Shown here piece by piece: positions 31,279 to 40,992 of a stretch of DNA of 64,000 nucleotides (position 1 is its first letter; each line of letters starts with the position of its first letter). Where the stretch lies: contig CAWKNB010000021.1 in assembly GCA_963850835.1 (NCBI GenBank), positions 8,525 to 72,524 of the forward strand, in the 5' to 3' direction. Source of the stretch: an uncultured Actinomycetota bacterium. Lineage in GTDB: Bacteria; Actinomycetota; Actinomycetes; Mycobacteriales; Jatrophihabitantaceae. The notes beneath the pieces were generated by a model. It ran no database searches. It saw only the letters and a program-made list of their open reading frames with translations, and had not been told where the DNA came from. The translations under genes were made by a program, and so were the position numbers.

Positions 31279-32004
31279 ATGGCAGGTCGGTTTTCACTAC
31301 GTCGTCGAAGCGTTGCTGTCTTCGCCGCCGGCGCTGTGTCCGCGGTGATCGTGATCGGCGGCGGGGCCGCCATCGCCTCCATTCCATCGACCACAACCGG
31401 GGCCATTACTGCCTGCGTGAAGACGTCCAGCGGTGGGGTGCGAATCATCGACGCTCAAGCCGGCCACCGCTGTGTCACGGGCGAGACGACACTGAACTGG
31501 TCGAAGGGCTACACCTACCGCGGTGCCTGGTCGGCCTCCGTGACCTACAGCGTTCTCGACGTCGTCACCAGCGGCGGCACGTCCTACCTCGCCAGGGCCG
31601 CCTCGCACGGCAAGGCCCCGACAACCAACCCGACGTACTGGAGCGTGCTCGCCGCCCGCGGCGCGACCGGTGCCACCGGCGCGACCGGTGCGGCCGGACC
31701 ACAGGGCCCCGCCGGTCCTCAGGGCCCGGCCGGCGCCAGCGGTTACAACGTGGTCACGCAATACGTCACCGTCAACACCGGAACCCAGCAGCTCGTCGAT
31801 GTCCACTGCCCTTCGGGGCAGGTTCCCGTCGGAGGCGGCGCACACTACGGCAACGCCTTCCCCGGTCTGGGCAACGCGCAGTGGGCCTACGTCTCCGAAT
31901 CGAGCATCGACGAGAGCCGAACCGGCTGGGCGTCGACCTTGGTCGTCACCTCCAACCAGTACAACACCTATTTCGAGGCGAATGCGATCTGCATCAACGC
32001 ATGA
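31279..32004 (+). CDS. Secreted collagen-like protein with CBM5/12-like module
   Basis: Signal/TM region, ITACVK...RIID, YRGAWSASVTYSVLDVV...YW and (Gly-X-Y)9. Confidence 0.75.
   Translation: MAGRFSLRRRSVAVFAAGAVSAVIVIGGGAAIASIPSTTTGAITACVKTSSGGVRIIDAQAGHRCVTGETTLNWSKGYTYRGAWSASVTYSVLDVVTSGGTSYLARAASHGKAPTTNPTYWSVLAARGATGATGATGAAGPQGPAGPQGPAGASGYNVVTQYVTVNTGTQQLVDVHCPSGQVPVGGGAHYGNAFPGLGNAQWAYVSESSIDESRTGWASTLVVTSNQYNTYFEANAICINA
31660..31740 (+). repeat. Collagen Gly-X-Y repeat (9 triplets)
   Basis: GAT GAT GAT GAA GPQ GPA GPQ GPA GAS. Confidence 0.9.
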
Positions 32005-32044
32005 CTGGAGCGGGGACGAGTGCGCGCGGTGAGCCGTACCTCAA

Positions 32045-32608
32045 CTACGCCGACCTCACGGCAGGCAGTCCGGCACCATGGCTGACGTTCACGCACGCTT
32101 CGCAGATACTCCCTCGGATGAGTCCGATACGCATCAGTGCGGCGAATATTCGGCACCCCACGCACACCGCCGCGAGCGATTCGAGGGACGCGAAGACGAT
32201 GATCATCGCAAGCAGGATCTGGGCGACTCCGTACTGACCGACGGCCGTCAGCACGACGACGCACGTGGTGACGACTGCGCCGATCGCCTGCGCGAACCGT
32301 TTCGGCGGGCCCGGAACCAATCGCGGCGCACCCAACCGGGGCGCAACGACGCGAGTGGCGAGCTGGGCGAGTGGGCTCAGCGTCGGGCCCGAGGCGACCC
32401 GGGCGAGGAAGCCGTACGCGAGGAACACACTGAGCCAGAGCCAGTTCGCTCCAGCGGTCAGGCTCAGAACGAGCGTGACAAGCGCCAACAGCAGGACGCC
32501 GGCGGCGACTGTTCGCGCCGCTCGTTCGTTGACCGGGTTCGGGAACGTGAAGAGTCCGCCCGCCCGCTCTCGCCGCTCGAGCCGCGTGGGCGCGGTATCG
32601 GAGATCAT
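32045..32608 (-). CDS. DUF4395-family membrane protein
   Basis: [28 protein letters not shown] and [15 protein letters not shown] overlap with the carbonic anhydrase stop. Confidence 0.88.
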   Translation of the reverse strand: MISDTAPTRLERRERAGGLFTFPNPVNERAARTVAAGVLLLALVTLVLSLTAGANWLWLSVFLAYGFLARVASGPTLSPLAQLATRVVAPRLGAPRLVPGPPKRFAQAIGAVVTTCVVVLTAVGQYGVAQILLAMIIVFASLESLAAVCVGCRIFAALMRIGLIRGSICEACVNVSHGAGLPAVRSA

Positions 32609-33183
32609 GTCGCACGTCCGGCCGCTGTCGCCTCCGGCACCTCGACGAGCCGGCCGGTGGCCACGTCGTAGATGTAGCCATAGATCGGGATGCGACCAGG
32701 GACGAGCGGATGCCGGCGGATGCGGGAGACGTCGTCGGCGACGCTGCGGGCGTTGTCGGAGATGGTGAGCCAGTCGATGTAAGCGCCCTCGGCCGAACCC
32801 GGTCCGGTGCCGACGTCGCGGAAGCCGTCCGCGCCGAGTTCGGCAGTGTCGAGACTGTTCGCGAGCAGGTCGCGGATGACGTCGTCGGTGAAGAACTCCA
32901 TGCCGCAGTTCGTGTGGTGGATGACGAACCATTCGGTGGTGCCGAGCAGCTTGTAGGAGATCACCAGCGAGCGGATGGCGTCATCGCTGGCGCGGCCACC
33001 GGCGTTGCGGATGACGTGCGCGTCGCCTTCACTCAGCCCGGCATATTTCGCCGGGTCGAGCCTGGCGTCCATGCACGTCAGTATGGCGAATCCGCGAGCC
33101 GGCGGGAGCGCAAGGTCGGCTTTGGCGCCGAACGTTGCCGCGTACTGCTCGTTGGCCTCGAGGACCTCGGTGATCACAGACAT
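32605..33183 (-). CDS. Beta-class carbonic anhydrase (clade D, Rv1284-like)
   Basis: Zn ligands CMDARL and HHTNCGM, plus IRNAGGR. Confidence 0.93.
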   Translation of the reverse strand: MSVITEVLEANEQYAATFGAKADLALPPARGFAILTCMDARLDPAKYAGLSEGDAHVIRNAGGRASDDAIRSLVISYKLLGTTEWFVIHHTNCGMEFFTDDVIRDLLANSLDTAELGADGFRDVGTGPGSAEGAYIDWLTISDNARSVADDVSRIRRHPLVPGRIPIYGYIYDVATGRLVEVPEATAAGRAT

Positions 33184-33245
33184 CGTTACTCCCGTTGTTC
33201 GGTCGGCATGACGGTAGCAGGCGCCTGACCGCGTACTCTATTAAC

Positions 33246-33264
33246 TCTATCGGTATGATAGACA
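33246..33264. promoter_or_regulatory. Palindromic operator copy A (TCTA-N9-TAGACA), overlapping a TATGAT -10
   Basis: TCTATCGGTATGATAGACA, in the divergent region between the carbonic anhydrase and ABC operons. Confidence 0.75.
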
Positions 33265-33270
33265 ATACGA

Positions 33271-33351
33271 GTGAACTCCGGAGCGACGTTGACGTGGATG
33301 ACGGTGGTCGGCCGACCGCGCCACGCAGGCCCTTGTTGTCCGACGTCCTGA
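33271..33351 (+). CDS. Putative Cys-containing leader peptide (MNSGATLTWMTVVGRPRHAGPCCPTS)
   Basis: GTG...TGT TGT...TGA, 26 aa, between operator A and the SBP gene. Confidence 0.5.
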   Translation: MNSGATLTWMTVVGRPRHAGPCCPTS

Positions 33352-33412
33352 CTCCCCTCGCCGATCCTTCGTCGCCGGCCACAGCCGCACCAGAACCCAC
33401 GCAGGAAGTGTC

Positions 33413-35011
33413 ATGCAGACATCGCCCGTTCCCGTTCCCACTCGCCGTTCATTCCTGGCCGCAGCCGGTGCCAGCGGCCTGCTCGCGGTCCTGGCCGCGT
33501 GCACCTCCGGCGATCCGAATGCTCCCGAGTCGTCCGGTGCCAGCCAGTCGGCCGCCGGGTCGGCCCGCAAGCGCGGCGGCACCATCAAGGTCGGCATTCC
33601 GGCACCCCCGACCGCGGTGGACCCGGTGACGATGTACGACGGCTCGGCAATCATCATCGTCCAACTCGTTGCCGACTATCTGATCTGGCTCGACAGCGAC
33701 CTGAAGCTCGTGCCCCGCCTTGCGACGAAGTGGACGGCCGAGCAGGGCGGAAAACGCTGGGCGTTCACGCTGCGCTCCGGCGTGTCCTTCTCCGATGGCA
33801 CGCCGCTGACCGCCCAGGCGGTGAAGGCCTCGTTCGACCGGCTCCTCGACCCCAAGAACAAGTCCGCGGCGTTGTCGGCCTTCGATGGCATCCTCGCCAG
33901 TGGCGGGGTGACCATCCGTGACTCGAGGACGGTCGTCTTCACCCTGCAGCGGACTTTCTCCGACTTCCCCTACCTCGTCTCCGCCGGCAACTACAACGCC
34001 GTCATCCTCAAGGCCGATTACGCCGGCGACTTCGCCAAGAAGCCGATCGGGACCGGCCCGTTCCTGCTCGGCAGCTACAGCACATCTGGTGGAGCGACGC
34101 TGACGCGCAACCCGAAGTATTGGCAGTCCGGCAAGCCCTATCTCGACGGCGTGCAGATCCACTTCTATGCCGACAGCCAGGCCCAGACCTTGGCACTGCA
34201 GGGCGGAGCCGTGGACGTCCTGGGCCTCACCCAGATCAACGATGTGCCGACCGGCGGCAATATTGCCATCGACAAGACGCCGGGCACCGGCATCACCACC
34301 TTCACGCTGCGCACGGACAAGGCGCCCTTCGACAAGAAGGAGGTACGGCAGGCCGTCGCATACGCATTGGACCGCCCGGCGATCAACACCGCCACGAACG
34401 ACGGCATCGGCCAGCTCGGCAATGATCACCTGCTGGCGCCGCTGTTCCCGGCCGCGCCGAAGGACATCGCCCAGCGTGCGAAGAACGTGGCGAAGGCGCG
34501 CTCCCTGCTCTCGACGGCCGGGGTCGACAAGCTCGCGTTCACCCTCACCTATGATCCGCCGAGCAAGGACTTCGCCCTCGCCGTCCAGGATCAGCTCAAG
34601 GACGCCGGGATCACCGTCACCCTCGATCAGCAGAGTTCGCAGGCGTTCTACGGCGGCAACCAGACGAAGGACACACCGTGGCTGTTCTCGACGGCTAATC
34701 TGGTGGGTTGGGCCGGGCGCGCCGTACCGAGCCAGTTCGTCGCCCCGATGGTCACCAGCAAGGGGGTGTGGAACGGCTCGAAGTACGCGAACCCGAAGCT
34801 CGACGCGGCGCTCGTCGCCTACGACGCCGCGGCGACGGCTGCCGAGCGGGCGGCGCAGGCCGAGATCATCGCCTCCGCGATGCACGAGGACGTGCCGGTG
34901 ATCATCGCGGTGTGGAACGGCGCAGCCCGTGCCTACGACCGGACCACGTTCGTCGGCGTGCGGGCCCACCCGGAGAGCTTTCTCGACCTGACTGACGTAT
35001 CCCGGGTCTGA
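33413..35011 (+). CDS. ABC transporter substrate-binding protein (family 5, peptide/nickel type), Tat lipoprotein
   Basis: TRRSFL twin-arginine motif, LAAC lipobox, PRLATKW...FTLRSGVSFSDGTPLTA and PIGTGPF. Confidence 0.92.
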   Translation: MQTSPVPVPTRRSFLAAAGASGLLAVLAACTSGDPNAPESSGASQSAAGSARKRGGTIKVGIPAPPTAVDPVTMYDGSAIIIVQLVADYLIWLDSDLKLVPRLATKWTAEQGGKRWAFTLRSGVSFSDGTPLTAQAVKASFDRLLDPKNKSAALSAFDGILASGGVTIRDSRTVVFTLQRTFSDFPYLVSAGNYNAVILKADYAGDFAKKPIGTGPFLLGSYSTSGGATLTRNPKYWQSGKPYLDGVQIHFYADSQAQTLALQGGAVDVLGLTQINDVPTGGNIAIDKTPGTGITTFTLRTDKAPFDKKEVRQAVAYALDRPAINTATNDGIGQLGNDHLLAPLFPAAPKDIAQRAKNVAKARSLLSTAGVDKLAFTLTYDPPSKDFALAVQDQLKDAGITVTLDQQSSQAFYGGNQTKDTPWLFSTANLVGWAGRAVPSQFVAPMVTSKGVWNGSKYANPKLDAALVAYDAAATAAERAAQAEIIASAMHEDVPVIIAVWNGAARAYDRTTFVGVRAHPESFLDLTDVSRV

Positions 35012-35013
35012 CC

Positions 35014-35976
35014 GTGCGTCGGATGCTCGCGCGCCGCCTGCTGACGCTCCCGCTGGTGCTGCTGGCGGTGTCGGCGTTGGTGTTCGTCGCGACGCAGGTG
35101 CTTCCGGGTGACGTCGCACGGGCGGTGCTCGGTCGGGAAGCGTCGGATGAATCGGTGCGCGAGTTGCGCGACCAATTGCACCTCGACGATCCGATCGTCG
35201 CGCAGTATCTGCGCTGGCTGGGTCACTTCGTCACGGGTGACTGGGGCCAGTCGTACACCCTGCGGGTGCCAGTGCGTGAGCTCGTCCTCGATCGACTCGG
35301 CAACAGCATGTTGCTGGCCGGGTTCGCGTTCGTCCTGCTCGTCCCGGTCTCGCTCGGCCTGGGCATCGTCGCCGGCCTCTGGCATGACCGCCCCGTCGAT
35401 CGGGGCATCTCGGTCCTGAGCCTGGTGTTCGGCGCGATCCCCGAGTTCGTGACCGGTGTCGTCCTGTTGCTGGTCTTCGCCGTGCAACTGGGGTGGTTCC
35501 CGGTCTCGGGACAGGTCCTACCTGGCACCGGGCTGGTCGAGCGGCTCTACCACCTCGTGCTGCCCGCAATCACGCTCGTGCTCTTGTGCACCGGTTACGT
35601 CGCGCGCCACGTCCGCGCCAGCACCATCGCGGTCGTGGAGAGTCCGTACGTGCGCGCTTCGGCACTGCGTGGCGTGTCATGGTCGGCGATCGTGCGGCGT
35701 CACGTGTTGCGAAACTCGACGGTCCCGGCGACCAGCGCGCTGGGTGTGCAGGCGCAGTTCCTGCTCGGCGGGCTCGTCGCCGTCGAGTTGCTCTTCGACT
35801 ACCCGGGTATCGGTGCGCTGCTGCTGTCCTCCGCGGTGAACAAGGATCTGCCCACCCTGCAGGCCACGGCGATCGTCCTGGGCTTCATCTACCTGCTGAT
35901 CATGTTGGCCGTCGAGGTCGTGTATCGGCTGTTGGATCCGCGTATCCGTGCTGCAGGCGAGCGGGTGAGCATATGA
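35014..35976 (+). CDS. ABC permease (DppB-like)
   Basis: LPGDVA, QYLRWL...GDWGQS and EAA loop SPYVRASALRG. Confidence 0.92.
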   Translation: MRRMLARRLLTLPLVLLAVSALVFVATQVLPGDVARAVLGREASDESVRELRDQLHLDDPIVAQYLRWLGHFVTGDWGQSYTLRVPVRELVLDRLGNSMLLAGFAFVLLVPVSLGLGIVAGLWHDRPVDRGISVLSLVFGAIPEFVTGVVLLLVFAVQLGWFPVSGQVLPGTGLVERLYHLVLPAITLVLLCTGYVARHVRASTIAVVESPYVRASALRGVSWSAIVRRHVLRNSTVPATSALGVQAQFLLGGLVAVELLFDYPGIGALLLSSAVNKDLPTLQATAIVLGFIYLLIMLAVEVVYRLLDPRIRAAGERVSI

Positions 35977-36836
35977 CCGTCGTGCTCGCGAAGGACACCG
36001 CGCCGACGCTCGAGGACTCGCCGCCCCCGGTCGTCCGGCGGCGCCGCCCGATCGCGCTCGTCATCGGAGTCACGATGATCGGGGTCTGGGTGGTGTCTGC
36101 GATCGCCTGGCCATGGCTCGTCCCGTTCGACCCGGCGCACTTCGACATCACGCACCGGTTCGCCGCCCCGAGTAGGGAGCATCTGCTCGGCACCGATCAG
36201 TTCGGTCGCGACACCTTCTCGCGGCTGCTCGCCGGCGCGCGTCCGGTGCTGGAGGTGGCACCCATCGCCACTGCGGTGTCGGTCGCGTGCGGAACGGCGT
36301 TGGGCCTGCTCGCCGGTGCTTCGGGGGGACGGGTCGACACGGTGATCATGCGAGCACTCGACATCGTGATGGTGTTCCCGGCGATCATCGCAAGCATCCT
36401 GTTCGTGGCTTTACTCGGTCGTTCGACCACAGTGCTCGTGATCGTCATCGGGCTCGCGTTCGTTCCGATCGTCACCCGCAGCGTGCGCGCCGCCACACTC
36501 GTGCAGCGTGAGCTGCCCTACGTCGATGCCGCCCGCCTGCGTGGTGAGCCGCAATGGTCACTGCTGGCTCGCGAGATCCTGCCCAACGTCAACCGCACCG
36601 TGCTCGTCGAGGCGACCTCCCGTCTCGGCGACGCGGTCTTCGCCGCGGCAACGCTGTCGTTCATCGGTCTCGGTCAGCCGCCCGGCTCGCCCGACTGGGG
36701 CGCATCGGTCGCGGACAACCGGTCGTGGTTGCCGATCGCGCCATGGACTGTTCTCGCCCCGGCCCTTGCTATTGCGTCCCTCGTCATCGGCGTGGCGCTC
36801 GTCAGCGACGACCTGCGCTACCGGCTGGACGCCTGA
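35973..36836 (+). CDS. ABC permease (DppC-like)
   Basis: HLLGTDQFGRDTFSRL, YVDAARLRGE and ILPNV; ATGA overlap. Confidence 0.92.
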   Translation: MTVVLAKDTAPTLEDSPPPVVRRRRPIALVIGVTMIGVWVVSAIAWPWLVPFDPAHFDITHRFAAPSREHLLGTDQFGRDTFSRLLAGARPVLEVAPIATAVSVACGTALGLLAGASGGRVDTVIMRALDIVMVFPAIIASILFVALLGRSTTVLVIVIGLAFVPIVTRSVRAATLVQRELPYVDAARLRGEPQWSLLAREILPNVNRTVLVEATSRLGDAVFAAATLSFIGLGQPPGSPDWGASVADNRSWLPIAPWTVLAPALAIASLVIGVALVSDDLRYRLDA

Positions 36837-36837
36837 C

Positions 36838-38610
36838 ATGGACGGGTTGCGCGCACACTCGCTCTCTGTCGATTTCGCGACCCGCCGCGGCCCAGTCCAC
36901 GTGCTGCGATCCGTCGACATCGCCTGCGCACCCGGTCGGATGCTCGGCGTTGTCGGTGAGTCCGGCTCGGGCAAAACCACCCTCGGCCGAGCATTGGGCA
37001 ACGGGCTCGACCCCGGTGCGCGGGTGAGCGGCAAGGTCGAGGTCGACGGCGTGGATGTGCTCGGTCTCTCGGGCCGGGCGCTGCGCGAGTGGCGGGCGTC
37101 CTCGCTCGCCGTCGTCCATCAGGAGGCGGGTGCCTCGCTCGACCCGACGATGCGCATCGGCACGCAGCTCGCCCAGATCCTCGAACTGCACGGCGTGCCG
37201 CGTGCCCGGCGCACCGAACAGGCCGCAGCATTGCTGGATCAGGTACGGCTGCCAACCACTGCGGCCCAGCGCTATCCCTATCAACTGTCCGGCGGTCAAC
37301 AGCAGCGCGTGGTCATCGCGGCCGCCCTGGCCGGCCGGCCCCGGTTGCTCGTTCTCGACGAACCGACCACCGGCCTGGACGCCTCGGTCGAGGCCGGTGT
37401 GCTGGCCCTCATCGAGGAGCTGCGGGTCCAGCTCGACTGCGCTGTCATTCTGATCAGCCACGACCTCGGCCTGGTGGGTCACCTGTGCGACGACGTCACC
37501 GTGCTCCACGCCGGGCGAGTTGTCGAACACGGTGCCGCCGCCGAGGTGCTCACCCGTCCTGACCACCCCTACACGCGCACATTGCTGCAAGCCGTTCCAG
37601 AGCTCGGCGTTCCCCGCAGCCGGCGTCGCCTCACTCCGACGACCGAGGATGGCGAGATCCCGCCAGAACCAGGCGATGCCCTGCTCGAGGTGCGCGACCT
37701 GCGCCGCAGCTACGGGCGACACGTCGCCGTCGACGGCATCGATCTCGACGTGCGGGCCGGTGAGGTGCTCGGCATCGTGGGCGAGTCGGGCAGCGGCAAG
37801 TCCACGCTGGCGCGGGCGATCGTCGGCCTCGGCCCCCGCGGCGGCGGCACCGTTCGCCTCGCCGGCGAGCCGCTGGCCGAGCAGGTGGCGCGTCGTCCGC
37901 GAGAAGTGCTGCGCCGGCTGCAGATGGTCTTCCAGGAGCCCGACGCGACGCTGAACCCGGCGCACACGACCGCTCGGGTGCTGTCCCGCGCGATCCGCAC
38001 GCTCGGCGGCACGCGTTCGGCCGAACAGCTGGCCGAATGGGCGCATCTCGAGCCGGCGCTGCTGCCGGCCCGGACATCGACGCTGTCCGGCGGGCAGAAG
38101 CAACGGGTGGCCATCGCCAGAGCGTTCGCGGGGTCGGCCGACCTGGTGGTGTTGGACGAACCGGTCTCGGCACTGGACGTCAGCGTGCAGGCCCAGATCC
38201 TCGACCTGCTCGCGGACAGCGCAGCCCGCGAGCGCACCGCGTATCTGTTCGTGTCGCACGACCTGGCCGTCATCAGCTACCTCGCGGACCGGGTAGCGGT
38301 GATGTACCGGGGCCAGGTCCTCGAAAGCGGATCGACGACCGACGTCATCGACGGCCCGCACCATCCCTACACCGCCGAGTTGGTCGGCGCGGCCCGACGC
38401 CGGCCGGTGTCTACCGGCACGGGGAAAACGCTCGACCATCGGGCGGATGACCGCGGTTGCCGGTATGCGGACCGCTGCCCGTTGCATCTCGGCGACGTCT
38501 GCGACGAGCAGACGCCGCCACTGCGCGACATCGCGGCGGGGCATGCCGTGCGGTGTCACCTGCCTGTGCCACAACTGCCTGTCAGCTCAACAGAAAGGAG
38601 ATCAGCATGA
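36838..38610 (+). CDS. ABC ATP-binding protein, fused double domain (DppD/F-like)
   Basis: Two Walker A motifs (GESGSGKT, GESGSGKS), two LSGGQ signatures and a C-terminal CRYADRCP...C...C oligopeptide-type tail. Confidence 0.93.
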   Translation: MDGLRAHSLSVDFATRRGPVHVLRSVDIACAPGRMLGVVGESGSGKTTLGRALGNGLDPGARVSGKVEVDGVDVLGLSGRALREWRASSLAVVHQEAGASLDPTMRIGTQLAQILELHGVPRARRTEQAAALLDQVRLPTTAAQRYPYQLSGGQQQRVVIAAALAGRPRLLVLDEPTTGLDASVEAGVLALIEELRVQLDCAVILISHDLGLVGHLCDDVTVLHAGRVVEHGAAAEVLTRPDHPYTRTLLQAVPELGVPRSRRRLTPTTEDGEIPPEPGDALLEVRDLRRSYGRHVAVDGIDLDVRAGEVLGIVGESGSGKSTLARAIVGLGPRGGGTVRLAGEPLAEQVARRPREVLRRLQMVFQEPDATLNPAHTTARVLSRAIRTLGGTRSAEQLAEWAHLEPALLPARTSTLSGGQKQRVAIARAFAGSADLVVLDEPVSALDVSVQAQILDLLADSAARERTAYLFVSHDLAVISYLADRVAVMYRGQVLESGSTTDVIDGPHHPYTAELVGAARRRPVSTGTGKTLDHRADDRGCRYADRCPLHLGDVCDEQTPPLRDIAAGHAVRCHLPVPQLPVSSTERRSA

Positions 38611-39140
38611 CTGCCGCACCTGTCGGCCCGGAGAACGAGTTCGCCGACCTGTCCGGAGAAGTCACCGTGCAACGTCACTGGTTCACCGCCTCCGTCGGCG
38701 GACATGTCAGCGCCGTCGTCTGGGGCACCGGCACACCGCAGTTCGTGGTGCTGCCCGACGACGGTGTGACCGCCCGCGACCTCGACGAACTGGGGGCTCG
38801 CCTGAGCACCCCCGTCGTCCTGGTCGACCGACTCGGCACCGGACGATCGAGCGGTCCCGCACCCTCGACGCCCGCGCGCGAGGCTCGTCCGCTCGCCGAA
38901 GCCGCGTGGTCGTTCGCACCGAAAACCGAAACACTCGTCGGGCTCGGCGGCGGTGGGGCCGCCGCCGCACTCGCCGCAGCCGCGCGAGCCCGCTCGATCA
39001 CCCGCGTCGTGCTCGTCGGAGTCCCGGCGCCTGACAACCCACCACCCGCGCTCGCCGAGCGCGGTATCCAGATCACCACCCATCCCGACACCGACCCAAC
39101 AGCCCCGGCCGCGGTAGCGGCCCTGCTCGCTAGGCAATAG
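38607..39140 (+). CDS. Truncated alpha/beta-hydrolase-fold protein lacking the nucleophile Ser
   Basis: VSAVVWGTGTPQFVVL and VLVDRLGTGRSS. The elbow reads LVGLGGGG. ATGA overlap and SD AAGGAG. Confidence 0.6.
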   Translation: MTAAPVGPENEFADLSGEVTVQRHWFTASVGGHVSAVVWGTGTPQFVVLPDDGVTARDLDELGARLSTPVVLVDRLGTGRSSGPAPSTPAREARPLAEAAWSFAPKTETLVGLGGGGAAAALAAAARARSITRVVLVGVPAPDNPPPALAERGIQITTHPDTDPTAPAAVAALLARQ

Positions 39141-39156
39141 AGAGGAACGGATCACC

Positions 39157-40194
39157 ATGACCACAACCCCTACCGAGAACATCGCCTTGATCGATCTCGG
39201 CCGCGCTCTCGACGGCGACCGCACCGAGCTCGACCGGCTGCGGTTCGCCGGCCAAGACCTCGGCATCATCCAGGTCGTCGATCACGGCGTCGATCAGGCG
39301 CTGATCGAGGAGTTCCACGATCGCATCGCGGCAATCCTGGCCCTGCCTCGCGAGGACAAGATCGAGTTGGCGAGTCCGACCGGGCACCCGTACCGCGGCT
39401 GGCGGCAGTGGCCGGACGATTTCGGTCGACTCGAACTCGAACGGTTCACCTTCGGCAAGTACGACTCGACGGAAGACGCGCGCAACGCGGGTCTCGAGCC
39501 TGAGTACAGCCTGGAGTACGCGCACGCCAACGTCTGGCCGCCGCAGCAGCCGGGCCTGCGGGAGGTCGCGAAGGCCTATCACGCGGCGGCCGATGCACTG
39601 GCACGGCGGGTGCTGGGTGCCTATGCACTCGCGCTCGGGCACGAGCCGTCGGTGTTCCCGGTGGGCGACGGACCGGATCACAGTCGACTGGTCGTGAACA
39701 ACTATCCGACGTGGACCTGGGACGGCTACGACGCGTCGGCGCCGGACGAGCAGAAACTCCTGCTCCTCGAGCACGCCGACGGCAACGTGCTCACCGTGCT
39801 GCACCAACGCGGCGACTACAACGGCTTGCAGGGCCAGCGCGAGGACGGCACCTGGATCACCGTGCCGATCATTCCCGGCGCCCTGCAGGTCTTCTCGGGA
39901 GGCAATCTCGCGCGCTGGACCAACGGCGCGCTGAAGCCGGGCCGGCACCGCGTCGTCGCGGGCGGCAGCGTCACCCGTCTGTCCAGCGGCATGTTCTGGA
40001 GTCCACGCGTCGACACCACCATCGAACCGTTGGCCGCCTTCGTCGGTGACGGCGAGGCGGAGTTCGACCCGGTGGTGATCTGGGACGGCGTCAAGAACGA
40101 CGTCGACGAGTACCTCGCGGTCTTCGGCAGGCCCGAGCAGATCGCGGCCTGGCGCGAAGGCCGCCCGTTCGTCGCCACGTTGGCCGACGCATGA
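39157..40194 (+). CDS. Isopenicillin-N-synthase-family 2OG-Fe(II) oxygenase
   Basis: QVVDHGVD, EHADGNVLTVL (HxD), PGRHRV (distal His) and RLS (RxS). Confidence 0.9.
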   Translation: MTTTPTENIALIDLGRALDGDRTELDRLRFAGQDLGIIQVVDHGVDQALIEEFHDRIAAILALPREDKIELASPTGHPYRGWRQWPDDFGRLELERFTFGKYDSTEDARNAGLEPEYSLEYAHANVWPPQQPGLREVAKAYHAAADALARRVLGAYALALGHEPSVFPVGDGPDHSRLVVNNYPTWTWDGYDASAPDEQKLLLLEHADGNVLTVLHQRGDYNGLQGQREDGTWITVPIIPGALQVFSGGNLARWTNGALKPGRHRVVAGGSVTRLSSGMFWSPRVDTTIEPLAAFVGDGEAEFDPVVIWDGVKNDVDEYLAVFGRPEQIAAWREGRPFVATLADA

Positions 40195-40964
40195 CCCAGA
40201 CTGCCCTGCAGGCGTCACGGCGCCATCCGGTGCCGGCGGGCGTGCTGACCTGGGAGCCGAGCGAGCGTCATGTCCACGGTGACCTCGGCGGCGTCACCGT
40301 CGTCGACTCGTTCCGGCCGGTACTGGTGTGGGAGCCCGATGCACCCGTCCCCCTCTACGCCTTCCCGCAGGAGGACGTTCGCACCGACCTGCTGCGTCCG
40401 AGCGACCGCGCCGGCGACCGTCCCGGCGCGGTCGCGTGGTTCGACCTGTCCGTGGCCGGTGAGCGGCGCGAAGCGATCGCCTGGCGTTACGGCGGGGCCG
40501 GTGAGCTGGACGAGCTGATCGGCTTCGACTGGTTCCGTCGCCGCAGTCCCGGTCTCGACCACTGGTTCGAGGAGGACGAGGAGGTGTTCGTGCACCCGCG
40601 CGACCCGTACAAGCGGGTCGATGCGTTACCGACGAGCCGGCACGTCGTGGTTTCGTCGGGGGGTGAGGTGCTGGCCGAATCGGACAACACGGTTGCGGTA
40701 TTCGAAACTCGCCTGCCGACCCGGTGGTACTTGCCGGTTGAGGACGTTCGCACCGACCGGCTGCACCTGGCGCCGCACACCACCCGTTGCCCGTACAAGG
40801 GCATCGCCGACGCGTTCACCCTGGCCGGCGCCGACGGCAGTGACATCGCATGGCGCTACCGGGACCCGCTCCCGGCCGTCGAGCCCATCCGCGATCGCAT
40901 CGCGTTCTACAGCGAGCAGGTCGACATCCAGGTCCGACCGGCAAAGGACGTGTCCGAGGAATGA
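40191..40964 (+). CDS. DUF427 protein (two domains)
   Basis: HWFEEDEEVFVHPRDPYKRVD, FETRLPTRWY and TRCPYKG; ATGA overlap. Confidence 0.88.
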   Translation: MTQTALQASRRHPVPAGVLTWEPSERHVHGDLGGVTVVDSFRPVLVWEPDAPVPLYAFPQEDVRTDLLRPSDRAGDRPGAVAWFDLSVAGERREAIAWRYGGAGELDELIGFDWFRRRSPGLDHWFEEDEEVFVHPRDPYKRVDALPTSRHVVVSSGGEVLAESDNTVAVFETRLPTRWYLPVEDVRTDRLHLAPHTTRCPYKGIADAFTLAGADGSDIAWRYRDPLPAVEPIRDRIAFYSEQVDIQVRPAKDVSEE

Positions 40965-40992
40965 CGCCACCTCCGCACGTGTTGGTGAGGAC

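Noticed and set aside
32605-33183. CS2 hydrolase assignment for the beta-CA
   Set aside because: It lacks the FF motif (LL instead). Only COS or CO2 activity is left as a hypothesis.
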